This document shows positions 17,301-26,368 of a DNA stretch of 64,000 bases, in pieces. The notes under the pieces were generated by a model. The model had not been told where the DNA came from. It did not search any database and saw nothing but the letters and a program-made list of their open reading frames with translations. Positions within the stretch are counted from its first letter, which is position 1; the number at the start of each line of letters is the position of its first letter. Source of the DNA: a virus (Duplodnaviria; Caudoviricetes); IMG/VR virus record IMGVR_UViG_3300028886_003672, positions 2,549 to 66,548 of that record, one strand, 5' to 3'. Both the position numbers and the translations under genes were made by a program.

Positions 17301-18255
17301 AGAAAGCTTCGCATGGGCCAAGCTCATCGTCGGAGATGATACCGGGTACTGGAACCTGGCCGGAGGAACCACCTTCAATATTGACCACCCGATCCTGTAT
17401 CCGGCTGCCAATGGTACTGCCGGATACTATTTCTCCAATGCCTATATCTGCTATCCGACCGTCAGCCTGCGGACCGTGACCGGGGATGATAGCTTCAATG
17501 TCACCGCCCGGAAGATGGTGTACCTGGTAGGCCGCCTGAACGGCAGGCAGTTCACTGTGCAGAGCACAGGCTGGCTGACCACCAGTCCTTCTGACTCTAC
17601 TGGGACGCTGACCTTCATTTCCCTCGGATACATGTACAACACTTACCAGATGTACCTGTATCCGGAACACCCGATGTACATGTTCGTGGACGGTGAGTTC
17701 CGAAGCCTAAGTGAGGTAGCGTACAATGCCAGCATTGTAGCGAATGACGCATCCCAGACCGCGACAGAGAACGCCGCTTCCATTAACACCCTTCAGGATC
17801 AAATCTCCATGAAGGTTTCCCAGACCACCTATGACAGCGACCACAACGCCATAGAGCAGCGGCTTTCCAACGTGGAGCAGAGCGCTTCCGACTTCAAGGT
17901 CGAAATCACCCGGAGCGTTGCGGATCAGATTGCCGAAGTCTCCGGTGATGTGGATGGGCTGGCTGAAGAAATGGCAGGATTCCGGGATACGGTCACCGGT
18001 TATATGGATTTCAACGGCGACTCCCTTGCCATCGGTGTGGTCGGGTCCAGCTTCAAAACTGAAATCACGAACACTGAAATGGCATTCACCGAGAACGGTG
18101 AAAAGGTCGCTTATGTCTCCAACAACGATATGTACATCACCCGCGCCCGTGTAACGGACACCCTGTCTGTGGGTACCGTTGATAACGGGTATTTTGACTT
18201 CGTCACTCTTCCCGGCGGTCTGGCCCTGAAGTGGCGTAATGCCGCGACATCGTAA
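14329..18255 (+). CDS. tail-associated (Tal/endopeptidase-like) protein with SH3b insert and 10-aa repeat region
   Basis: ETLNGEYELQL, DLTDVVTRIMP, LGDAV motifs; LNLRSGPG...W..V...GY SH3b; repeated AKIGQAAIGTAQIEDAAIT. Confidence 0.85.
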   Translation: MICVYPADCTDFSTNGNGTIEPSSALVTETLNGEYELQLVHPIDEAGKWQRLVEGCILRAPVPAATTPRVHFTAPGDDSGTEIYRIHTDFPGAETRKGTLNLRSGPGRNYKILAAYKNTLTVQVIAKTSSAWYEVTAPDGKHGYMDTTYLVFDHREGSASEAVSSVVEERQLRDQPFRIYRIVPDLDKITVYARHVFYDLLDNMIQSYKPSSSAVGASVVQTVSSSCLSEHDFTFYSDLDSTAEDVEFENVNPVDALLGEDGVVEKYTGELTRDWWDVFVVKRVGQDTNVQIRQAKNLLGISYDIDLTDVVTRIMPTGEDADGNVLYLPELYIDSPLIDTYTHPKWIHLPVSEAKEDTDGDDAKTKAECYTLMRDAAQAQFDAGCDVPTVTLDVSFINCAETEEYAEYGFLQNIFLGDAVRVIAPRVGVWVSMRMTQYTYDCLTRKYTQMTLGTVADTVEGNTISARQLPSGIITGSKLAINSVGSGALQNGSVGSLQIKMAAIETAHIEDAAITKAKIGQAAIGTAQIEDAAVTKAKIGQAAIGTAQIEDAAITQAKIGNAAIGTAQIEDGTITSAKIGNGEILTAHIHDAAITGAKIENGTITNAKIGDGEIETAKIHDAAITNAKVAGAAIGTANIQDAAIVRGKILDGEIVTAKIADLSVTSGKIADLAVTTAKIAQAAITNALIANAAVDTAQIALGAITSALIAQGAVGTAQIEDASITAAKIVSLNADVITSGTLATERLIIRGANGLIYEINAESGGLSAQELTDPKYREKLNGSVIVARSITAAQIAAATITANEILAATITGDKIAAATIEGSNIKAGAITTTHISSDFGQTLDLSSNTGINQRVQQIYTDMNAAIAAAGGGEIIVGTQTGSTSAWEGDASFSTLTDGQQIVYWLPIAATSTAVTLELTLSGGGTTGAIPVYYSGTTRLTTHYPAGNAIRLIYKVDAPIGEAYYTGWWADANYDSGNTYDRIKLGNSIVVKESFAWAKLIVGDDTGYWNLAGGTTFNIDHPILYPAANGTAGYYFSNAYICYPTVSLRTVTGDDSFNVTARKMVYLVGRLNGRQFTVQSTGWLTTSPSDSTGTLTFISLGYMYNTYQMYLYPEHPMYMFVDGEFRSLSEVAYNASIVANDASQTATENAASINTLQDQISMKVSQTTYDSDHNAIEQRLSNVEQSASDFKVEITRSVADQIAEVSGDVDGLAEEMAGFRDTVTGYMDFNGDSLAIGVVGSSFKTEITNTEMAFTENGEKVAYVSNNDMYITRARVTDTLSVGTVDNGYFDFVTLPGGLALKWRNAATS
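15769..16840 (+). repeat. coding 10/20-aa repeats (30/60-bp period), probable beta-helix stalk
   Basis: Near-identical 60-bp units at 15850-16040, degenerating outward. Confidence 0.8.
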
Positions 18256-18266
18256 GGAGGGATTCC

Positions 18267-20441
18267 ATGGCAATTACCGCAACCTATACGGTCACGCTGT
18301 CCGCTTCGGATAAAGACCATGCCCGGGGTGAGTATGTCTATGCGTCAATCGTAAGGACATCACCAGCGACGCTGGTGCCGGAAGGCCTTTATGTCCAGAG
18401 CGCCACCATTAACATGACCGGCACCACCTTCTGGTCTGGCTCCGGCTATAACCCGTACCTGGACTTCGGGGATATCGGTCGTGTCTTCGTTTCCACTTCG
18501 GTGACAGACAAGACCGCGATCCCGATCACAACGCCGACGGACTTCAATCTGGATGAACTGCTTTCCGTCGGCACAGTCCTGAATAACTTCTATATCTACG
18601 GATACAAGAGCTCCAACGGTAATGTTTGTACGTATCCCAGCAACAACGCTCAGTTCACAATCACGGCGACAGTTGTACAGCAGTACGCGAAATCCTCTGC
18701 CCGGGTAACCTCAAGCGTGGAGGCAGGCAGCGCGTCTACAGTCACCTTCATCAACCCCTATCTGAGCAACGTTTACCATGTGGTGGACTGGCGGTTTGGT
18801 ACAAAGGTGAAGAGCACAACCACTGCTGTCGGCGCTTCTTCCACTTCTTATACGATCCCGTTGAGCTGGCTGACTGTTATACCCAGCGCGACGTCTGGCA
18901 CAGCAACTGTATCGGTTACGACTTATGCGTCCGGCGGCTTGGAGCTGGGAACAGACACGTACAGTTTCACCATTACAGCGCCATCCTCAGCCGTGCCAAC
19001 GCTCTCACTAGCGACGGCACGGATTAACAACTCGGTCCCTTCCTCGTGGGGGATATACGTTCAGGGCCAAAGTGGAGTGACAATAACCGCGACGGCTGCG
19101 GGGTACCAGGGCAGCACGATCTCCAGCTATACGATCTCCGGAGGTGCCACAGGGACACAGTCATCCAACGTTTTCACGATCTCTACGATCTACTCAAGCG
19201 GAACAATTACGTACACCGTGAAGGTCACTGACTCCCGAGGCCGGACGGCAACGGCCAGTACCAGCATCTCGGTTGTGGCGTATTCCGCTCCGGCATTTTC
19301 AGCAACCGATGCTTTCCGGTGTATTGCCAATGGTACCGCCTCTGATACCGGCACTTACATTTCTGCCAAAGCAACAGGCACGTTCTCCTCTGTCAGCAGC
19401 AAGAACAGCATGACCCTGAAAGTGCAGTACGCGCTCAGCACATCTGGCGCTTATTCCACGGCGATCACGCTGACGAACGGAACCGCTTCCATCATCGGCA
19501 ACGGATCGATTGATATTAACTATTCCTTCAAGGTGAAATTCACCCTGTCGGATCAGTTCAATACCATCGAGAAAGTGCTCAATGTCGGTACTGCGGCCTT
19601 CACCGTTTTCTTCCGGCAGGGCGGCAACGGTGTCGCGATCGGTAAAGTCTCTGAACGGGCAAATGCTGTGGAGATCAATCCTGACTGGGATATCTACCAT
19701 GGCAGTACTAAGCTGAACGGAACAGTCCCGATCTCCCGGGGCGGTACCGGCGGGACAACGGCTGCGGCAGCCCGGAGCAATCTGGGCGCTGTGAACAAAG
19801 CCGGGGATACGATGACAGGTAACCTGAACATTCAGGGAACCCTGTACCCGTCCATGCTGCTGAAGCCGACACAGTCTGGGCAAACCAACCAGACGGTCTT
19901 CGAGGGAAGCTATGTCGGAGCATCCTCCTTCGCCGCATGGGAAGACAACACCGGCAATAACCGCCGGATGCTGGAAGTCCGTACCAAGGCTTATGCGGCC
20001 AGTCTGGACAATGCGGTGATGGTCCGTGTCTGCGATGGCGGTACCTGGGGAAACTACCGGGTCTACCATGAAGGCATGGAGACAGTGATCCCGCTTTCCA
20101 AAGGCGGCACAGGTGGTACTTCCGCAGCGACAGCCCGGTCGAAAATCGGTGCCAACAATGCCAGCAACCTGACCACAGGCACACTGCCCGCGGCACGGCT
20201 GCCTTTCAAAATCCAGTATGGACAGACCAGCGTGACCGGTGTTGCGTGGACAACGGTTAGCCTGACAGCCGGGTTTACCGCAACCCCGACGATCATCGTG
20301 TCGTATGCTGGCAACCCAACCTCCAGCGGTATTGCGGTGCTGAAAACCGGCAGTGAATCCACGACCAGCTTCCAAGTCTGTATGGCTGGATCCTCCGGTT
20401 CCGGCACACGGAAAGTGAACTGGATCGCGATCGGTACCTGA
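18267..20441 (+). CDS. tail fibre/receptor-binding protein (DUF859-like)
   Basis: Thr/Ser-rich Ig-like segments, VPISRGGTG motifs, C-terminal IQYG...F...P.I...NWIAIG domain. Confidence 0.75.
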   Translation: MAITATYTVTLSASDKDHARGEYVYASIVRTSPATLVPEGLYVQSATINMTGTTFWSGSGYNPYLDFGDIGRVFVSTSVTDKTAIPITTPTDFNLDELLSVGTVLNNFYIYGYKSSNGNVCTYPSNNAQFTITATVVQQYAKSSARVTSSVEAGSASTVTFINPYLSNVYHVVDWRFGTKVKSTTTAVGASSTSYTIPLSWLTVIPSATSGTATVSVTTYASGGLELGTDTYSFTITAPSSAVPTLSLATARINNSVPSSWGIYVQGQSGVTITATAAGYQGSTISSYTISGGATGTQSSNVFTISTIYSSGTITYTVKVTDSRGRTATASTSISVVAYSAPAFSATDAFRCIANGTASDTGTYISAKATGTFSSVSSKNSMTLKVQYALSTSGAYSTAITLTNGTASIIGNGSIDINYSFKVKFTLSDQFNTIEKVLNVGTAAFTVFFRQGGNGVAIGKVSERANAVEINPDWDIYHGSTKLNGTVPISRGGTGGTTAAAARSNLGAVNKAGDTMTGNLNIQGTLYPSMLLKPTQSGQTNQTVFEGSYVGASSFAAWEDNTGNNRRMLEVRTKAYAASLDNAVMVRVCDGGTWGNYRVYHEGMETVIPLSKGGTGGTSAATARSKIGANNASNLTTGTLPAARLPFKIQYGQTSVTGVAWTTVSLTAGFTATPTIIVSYAGNPTSSGIAVLKTGSESTTSFQVCMAGSSGSGTRKVNWIAIGT

Positions 20442-20447
20442 TGAATC

Positions 20448-20477
20448 ACCGCCTTGTCCACCCAGGGCGGTTTTTTC
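20448..20477 (+). terminator. intrinsic terminator
   Basis: ACCGCCTTG / CAGGGCGGT stem followed by a T-run. Confidence 0.7.
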
Positions 20478-20504
20478 ATATCAAAAAATAAGGAGGAAGA
20501 TCCA

Positions 20505-20966
20505 ATGCGTGATTTTTCAATTGACCTGATCTGGGCAAAGATTCAGGTAGCCATCACCGCTGTGGGCGGATGGATTGGCTGGTTCTTGGGAGGTGTGGAC
20601 GGTATGCTGATTGCCCTGATTGTGCTCATGGCGCTGGATTATCTCTCTGGCGTTATGTGCGCCATCGTGGATAAGAAACTGTCCAGCGCCATTGGCTTCA
20701 AAGGCATCTGCAAAAAGGTGCTAATCCTGATGCTGGTCGGTGTGGCAAACATCATCGACACACATGTGGTCGGCAGCGGGGCCGTCCTGCGGGGTGCCGT
20801 CATCTGCTTTTACCTGAGCAATGAAGGCCTGAGCCTACTGGAAAACGCCGCCTACCTGGGACTGCCTATACCTGACAAGCTCCGGGAGATCCTTGCCCAG
20901 CTGCACGAACGCTCCAAGAAGGAGGCCAAGCCGACCGATAAGGGCGAAGGTGGTCAGGATGCTTAA
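20505..20966 (+). CDS. holin (phage_holin_4_1/TcdE-like)
   Basis: LDYLSGVMCA..KKLSSAIGFKGICKK, NEGLSLLENAA.LGLPIP. Confidence 0.9.
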   Translation: MRDFSIDLIWAKIQVAITAVGGWIGWFLGGVDGMLIALIVLMALDYLSGVMCAIVDKKLSSAIGFKGICKKVLILMLVGVANIIDTHVVGSGAVLRGAVICFYLSNEGLSLLENAAYLGLPIPDKLREILAQLHERSKKEAKPTDKGEGGQDA

Positions 20967-21729
20967 TGTTCAGAAGCTGATTGCCTCTGTCGAAGAATGC
21001 CTCGGCTGGCCCTATGTCTCCCCGGGAACAAACGATTCCCGGGGAATTGACTGTTCCGGGCTGTTCGTGAAGGCATACCGGGATCAGGGAGCCAGCATTT
21101 ATCACGGCAGCAACACGATCTACCGGAAGTACTGCTCTGAAAAGGGTAAACTGACGAATGTTTCCCAACTAAAGCCCGGTATGGCGGTATTCAAATGGAA
21201 CGCTAACACCCCGGAGAAGTTTGATGACGGTCTCGGCGACTTCCAGCACATCGGCCTTGTCACCAGTGTGAACCCACTCCGGATCGTGCATGCTTCCTCT
21301 GCGGCAGGCTGTGTCACAACGGATGAGAAACTCGGGAAATGGGCTTACTGGGGCTGGCTGAAGGATGTGGCGAAGACAGACAGTCTGCCGCCCACTCCCG
21401 CAGAACCGACAGAAGGAGATGAAGAACCTATGGCTGAATTCGCCACTGTGATCGCGGACAGTGGTTCCACAGTGAACATGCGCACGAAGGCGAAGAGCAC
21501 GGCTGCTCTGGTGGAGCGTGTACCCCTCGGTGCCCGGGTAGAGGTTCTGGGCACCTGCGGATCATGGACAAAGGTGAAGTTTGGTTCTCGGACCGGGTAT
21601 ATGATGTCACAGTTCCTGACTGCGGAAGAACCTCTGGAACCGGATGAGGATCTGACCATCGAGGAACGGGTCACTCGGCTGGAACGGCGTGTTGCTTTAC
21701 TCGAAATGAAGGATGGTGCGGTCGGTTGA
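20959..21729 (+). CDS. endolysin: NlpC/P60-like peptidase plus SH3b
   Basis: GIDCSGLF Cys motif, QHIGLV, IVHASS; VNMRTKA...W.KV...GYM SH3b. Confidence 0.85.
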   Translation: MLNVQKLIASVEECLGWPYVSPGTNDSRGIDCSGLFVKAYRDQGASIYHGSNTIYRKYCSEKGKLTNVSQLKPGMAVFKWNANTPEKFDDGLGDFQHIGLVTSVNPLRIVHASSAAGCVTTDEKLGKWAYWGWLKDVAKTDSLPPTPAEPTEGDEEPMAEFATVIADSGSTVNMRTKAKSTAALVERVPLGARVEVLGTCGSWTKVKFGSRTGYMMSQFLTAEEPLEPDEDLTIEERVTRLERRVALLEMKDGAVG

Positions 21730-21736
21730 CCGTCAA

Positions 21737-21770
21737 GCCCTGTGGAGTAATCCATGGGGCACTTTTTTTT
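21737..21770 (+). terminator. intrinsic terminator closing the lysis module
   Basis: GCCCTGTGGA-gtaa-TCCATGGGGC followed by T8. Confidence 0.75.
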
Positions 21771-21779
21771 ATCCCAACA

Positions 21780-21809
21780 TTGACGGGAAAAGTAGCGTCC
21801 GCTTATACT
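21780..21809 (+). promoter_or_regulatory. sigmaA-like promoter at the start of the cargo block
   Basis: TTGACG-18 bp-TATACT. Confidence 0.55.
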
Positions 21810-21845
21810 GTTTACACACTGTGCAGAAGGTGGTGGTCAGTACAT

Positions 21846-22214
21846 ATGCAGGTAAAGGAAAAGTTGGAACAAGCCAGAAAACTTGTACAAGACACAAAGA
21901 AATTGGGGAAACGTAGAGAGCAGCTGCTATCAGCTGGTTCCAATGTGGAAGAAATCGACGCAGAAATCAAACGGAATCAAGCTGAGTACCAAGATCTGTA
22001 TAATTGTTTAACCCCACTGATCAATCTGCTATTTTGGGATGAGCAACGAGCTATTCTGAATAAGTTCTATCTTGAAGCGGCACCAATGTCGGAGATAGTT
22101 TCCGAGGTGATGAAGCTGCCGGTTGATTCAAGCTGCCTTAGCTTTGCTCAAGGCAGGAAACAAATGGCTGTCAGGGATCTCCAGAAAGCTGTTGACCGGC
22201 AAGAAAAAAAGTGA
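21846..22214 (+). CDS. small helical protein, possibly ArpU/RinA-like regulator
   Basis: Coiled coil followed by EQRAILNKFYLE..MSEI (sigma region-4-like). Confidence 0.45.
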   Translation: MQVKEKLEQARKLVQDTKKLGKRREQLLSAGSNVEEIDAEIKRNQAEYQDLYNCLTPLINLLFWDEQRAILNKFYLEAAPMSEIVSEVMKLPVDSSCLSFAQGRKQMAVRDLQKAVDRQEKK

Positions 22215-22253
22215 ATTTATAAAACATGCCCTATGATAAATGGAGGATTGCAC

Positions 22254-24134
22254 ATGGATAAAGCAATTGTACAGCTTCCAGATTGGAAATCCGCAATAAT
22301 CAACGGAGAAAAAGTTGATATTGGTGATGTAGAATCAATCCTTATCACTGGAGCAGAAGTCATTCCAGAGTTTTCATTTAGTGGTCTCCAGAACTTGAAA
22401 CACGTTGAAATAGCTGATGATGTAAAGGAAACTAAGAGTCAGTGCTTTGAAAGATGCACCTCTCTTGAAACAATAGATTTCGGTAAAGGGCTGGAAAGTA
22501 TCGGAAACTATTCATTTTATAATTGTGAGAAAATTGAAAAACTGAGAATACCTGGGAATGTCAAAACTATTGGCTACCAGTCATTTGGTGGGATGCTCAG
22601 CCTAAAGCACTTAATTATTGAAGAAGGTGTGGAAAGTATAGGCTATTTGACTTTCAATGGATGCCCAGAACTAGAAAGGATCGATTTGCCCAGTAAAAGC
22701 CTAAAGTATATTGGAGGATCGATATTCGAAGAATCAAAATGGCTGAGAAAAAACAAAGATGAGTTTGTGACTGTCTGTGGTATTTTAATTGATCATAAAA
22801 GGCAAAAGAATGTCGAACACATCATCATGCCGGATACCATAACGGGAATGATCCCTGGAGCTTTTGCACATGATTCGTTTAAGGAGATAGAAATTGGAAA
22901 AGGAATCAAGCGTATTTCTAACCTTGCCTTCCACGGATGCAGTTCACTTGAAAGTGTTATTATCCCTGATGGTGTCGAAGAACTTGGTGATCAAGTGTTT
23001 AAAAACTGCCCAAACTTAAGGCGGGTCGTTGTTCCTGATTCTCTGAAACGAGTTGGTGCATCCACGCTGAAGCCTGAATACCTACCAAACGCTCCTAAGA
23101 AAGGGTGCGTATATGCAGGGAAAGCAGTGATTGGTTGCGTTGGCAATCCCAAGCGTGTAGACATTAAAGCCGGAACGTTTTCCATTAGCCCAGGAGCTTT
23201 TGATCAAGCTTATAAACTGGAAACGATAGTTTTACCAGACTCAATCAGAGAGATAAAATGTTCATTCTTAGCTTGCAAATATCTTTCCTCGGTGGTTATA
23301 CCCAAAGAAGTACCCACCGAATGTTTAATTGCGTTCGAAGGAGTAAAGACAATTAAGTTTTATACTTGGCCAGAATCAGAAGTCGCTCATTTTGCAAAAG
23401 AGAAAGAGATCTCTGTTGAATACCTGGATGCAGATATATCTCAAGAGGAATTGATCAAAAAAACAACAAGCAAAAGACAAACTAAAGAAGCCTATATGAA
23501 ACCATCACCAGACAAATGGTTCCGGCGAACAGGGAATGCTTTAGCTGGCATTAGTAACGAGGGATTAAAGGAGATACGGAAAAATAATATCAAATCAATC
23601 ACATTACCAACAGAAATAAATGGGCATAAGATCGAAAGGCTCGTGTTTGACTGCTTGTCCTTTTTGAAGGAAGTGCCCGAGGTCGAAGAACTGGTTATTC
23701 CCGGCGAATTAAAGATTCAAGGGCTCACCACAACCGAAGGTCGAGACTGTTGGGATTTTCCCAATACGGAGACTATAAAGCACTTGGTCTTTATAGGTAA
23801 AACAGTAATCAACTTCTACAGGTATAACAGGGTATTTGATGATAGCCTTGAATCCATTACAATTCAAGAAAGCGACCGATTTATAAGTTTAGATGGTGTA
23901 ATATATTCTAAAGATGGCGACAGTTTGGTCCTTTATCCGAGAAGTAAGAAGGATAAGAAATTTATTGTTCCAAAATGCGTAACTACAATTTGGGGATCTG
24001 CGTTCCGAAATGTTAAATATCTTGAGGAATTAATTCTACCCGAAGGATTGAAAACCATATACAAAGATAACTTTAGGGATTGCAGTATAAAGACAATAGA
24101 CAATCCTGCAGGTGTAAAGCAGAGCACGGTTTGA
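22254..24134 (+). CDS. BspA-type leucine-rich repeat (LRR_5) protein, no signal peptide
   Basis: Repeated FxxCxxLxxIxIPxxVxxIG units; RBS GGAGGA before ATG 22254. Confidence 0.85.
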   Translation: MDKAIVQLPDWKSAIINGEKVDIGDVESILITGAEVIPEFSFSGLQNLKHVEIADDVKETKSQCFERCTSLETIDFGKGLESIGNYSFYNCEKIEKLRIPGNVKTIGYQSFGGMLSLKHLIIEEGVESIGYLTFNGCPELERIDLPSKSLKYIGGSIFEESKWLRKNKDEFVTVCGILIDHKRQKNVEHIIMPDTITGMIPGAFAHDSFKEIEIGKGIKRISNLAFHGCSSLESVIIPDGVEELGDQVFKNCPNLRRVVVPDSLKRVGASTLKPEYLPNAPKKGCVYAGKAVIGCVGNPKRVDIKAGTFSISPGAFDQAYKLETIVLPDSIREIKCSFLACKYLSSVVIPKEVPTECLIAFEGVKTIKFYTWPESEVAHFAKEKEISVEYLDADISQEELIKKTTSKRQTKEAYMKPSPDKWFRRTGNALAGISNEGLKEIRKNNIKSITLPTEINGHKIERLVFDCLSFLKEVPEVEELVIPGELKIQGLTTTEGRDCWDFPNTETIKHLVFIGKTVINFYRYNRVFDDSLESITIQESDRFISLDGVIYSKDGDSLVLYPRSKKDKKFIVPKCVTTIWGSAFRNVKYLEELILPEGLKTIYKDNFRDCSIKTIDNPAGVKQSTV

Positions 24135-24202
24135 TACTTCAAATGGTTCTGCTTCGTGAGGTTGGTATATTCCTGAAACATGATTGCTTGAAAGGAAGTA
24201 AC

Positions 24203-26341
24203 ATGGACAAGAATTCATTATTGTTATCTTTTTATGAAGGAAGAACAATAAATCAAGATGCTTTTAGTGCTTATTTCTCTCCGAACGGGTCAAGTAAAAC
24301 TGAATACACACATGAAGTACTTGATAAGTATGATTCTGTAGCATATGAATTGATGGCTACAATAGAAGATGACATTGTAATTGGTGTTAGTGTTTTTAAG
24401 TCAGAAGATCATTTCGTTGGTCATGGTAGACCAGTGACCATTGAAAAAAGCCTTACTGCTTCTGAATGGAAATATGCCTACCAGGTTTTTGATGAATGTT
24501 TTCCGGATCAATCTGAAAATGAAGTAAATGAGGTCATTCAGAATGCTTTACAAAAGGGCGTCTCATATTCGGGCTATACCATAAGAAAAGAGTTAAAGAA
24601 TGATCTGTTGTTTGAAACTGACGACAATAATACTACAAAGCTCCCCAAGAAACGCATATCTCAGGCAATCCATTATTCACACAGGAATTTGGACATATTG
24701 CTTAAACCGGAAACAACAATAAATTTCTCTTCTTGTTTGGGCAAAACTCCTTATGAGCCGTTGTTTGCAGTGCTTTCTGTGGTGAATGCTGAGGCGTATC
24801 CAAATTATGCTAGTCTTTTAGCCAAGTATCGTTTTGAAGAACTGATACGTGCAATAGAAGCAGGATCTGTAGAGCGGTGCACTTTGTATGAGGATGTCCT
24901 TAAAGATCCAAATTGCAGTATCTCCACTATTGGTAATGCTGTTTCACGGGCAGGCAATTCAGATATTGTTGCTTGGTTTTTCAAGCATGTTCCGGACAGT
25001 AGCTGTGTCCTAAATAATACATTGTATGCAGCGATAAATAATAATGACTTTGAAACAGTAAATTGCATCCTTAAAAAGCATCTGTTTGATTATTCGGAAG
25101 ATTCTTGCTCGTATCATTCTCCAATGGGTGCTGCAAAGAATCATCCCGCATTTATTCCGCTATTGTTAGAATATGGGTTTGAATTATGGAATGATGAATA
25201 CCTATCTACCCTAACACTGGATAAAATAAAGGACAGCCTGCAGTTTAATGTGCATCTCGGAGAGACTGTTATTGTCAGAATACTTTCTGAAAAGAGATAC
25301 GATATTTTACAGATTGTTGAAGAATCCGTTCCCAAATACTGCGTAGGAGGAATCTTACTTTCAGCATATATCATCGGAAAAGATTTTGATAGATTTAAAA
25401 AAGGTGTGGAAAAAGGTTGGTTTTCTAATGAAAGCTCACTATTTGAGAAAGCTTACGAAGCAGGCGAATCGTGGGCAGATCTGTTGATACAGAGCGGATA
25501 TGACGTAAATCAAGAGAATGGAAAAGAACTATCTAATGCATGCAGGGAACTAAAGGTGGATTTTGCAATATACTTGCTAAAAAATGGCGCAGATCCTTAT
25601 TTACGAGGAGAGTACAGCAGCACAGATTTTGAATATGCTGCTGGTTATCATGGGTATCTTAATGATGAGCAAGAGAACGATCAGGAACGGTTGTGTAAGT
25701 ATTTACTTGATATTGGTGTTGATCCAATTATGGAATCCACAAGAACACCAAGTATTTTCACATACTTGATGAATTTGTCATCTGAGTTCAAATTATACTT
25801 GGTTGATTGGCTTGGTAAACATAATAGAATAAATGCTTACGAATGCAAAGACGATCGAAACATATCGGAGCACAGCCTACTTTATAGCGTTTTAGATCCT
25901 TTTTCGCGTGACAAGTATGATTCCGCTGTTTTGAAAAAAATGCTCGATTATGGTGCTAAGGTTGACGTATCTGCCGACTCAGAAGACACGCTTTTTATAC
26001 AGGCGTGTGCTGTATGCGATGTGGAGGAATTGAAACTATTCGTTAATCATGGAGCGAATATAAAAGAACTTGACAAAAGGAAACACACAAATGGACTTTA
26101 TGACGCAGTGTGGCACAAGCGGCCCAGAGAAGTGATAGAATATTTGATTTCACTTGGCCTTGATGTTAACAATGCAAAACCTGAGAGCAGGGTAAAAACT
26201 AGTAGTTATTATGGCACGGAAAACGTTTATCCAGCAGAGTCAGTATTAGATATTGCACTTGAAAAAAGAGATCCAGAGACAATAGAATTATTGAAAGCTC
26301 ATGGGGCTAAAACTGCTGCTGAAATGACGCAAGAAGCTTGA
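24203..26341 (+). CDS. ankyrin-repeat protein
   Basis: LLKNGADP, LLDIGVDP, LDYGAKVD, GANIKE, LGLDVN, ETIELLKAHGAK. Confidence 0.75.
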   Translation: MDKNSLLLSFYEGRTINQDAFSAYFSPNGSSKTEYTHEVLDKYDSVAYELMATIEDDIVIGVSVFKSEDHFVGHGRPVTIEKSLTASEWKYAYQVFDECFPDQSENEVNEVIQNALQKGVSYSGYTIRKELKNDLLFETDDNNTTKLPKKRISQAIHYSHRNLDILLKPETTINFSSCLGKTPYEPLFAVLSVVNAEAYPNYASLLAKYRFEELIRAIEAGSVERCTLYEDVLKDPNCSISTIGNAVSRAGNSDIVAWFFKHVPDSSCVLNNTLYAAINNNDFETVNCILKKHLFDYSEDSCSYHSPMGAAKNHPAFIPLLLEYGFELWNDEYLSTLTLDKIKDSLQFNVHLGETVIVRILSEKRYDILQIVEESVPKYCVGGILLSAYIIGKDFDRFKKGVEKGWFSNESSLFEKAYEAGESWADLLIQSGYDVNQENGKELSNACRELKVDFAIYLLKNGADPYLRGEYSSTDFEYAAGYHGYLNDEQENDQERLCKYLLDIGVDPIMESTRTPSIFTYLMNLSSEFKLYLVDWLGKHNRINAYECKDDRNISEHSLLYSVLDPFSRDKYDSAVLKKMLDYGAKVDVSADSEDTLFIQACAVCDVEELKLFVNHGANIKELDKRKHTNGLYDAVWHKRPREVIEYLISLGLDVNNAKPESRVKTSSYYGTENVYPAESVLDIALEKRDPETIELLKAHGAKTAAEMTQEA

Positions 26342-26368
26342 CAGCTAACAGATGACAGATTAAAAAGC

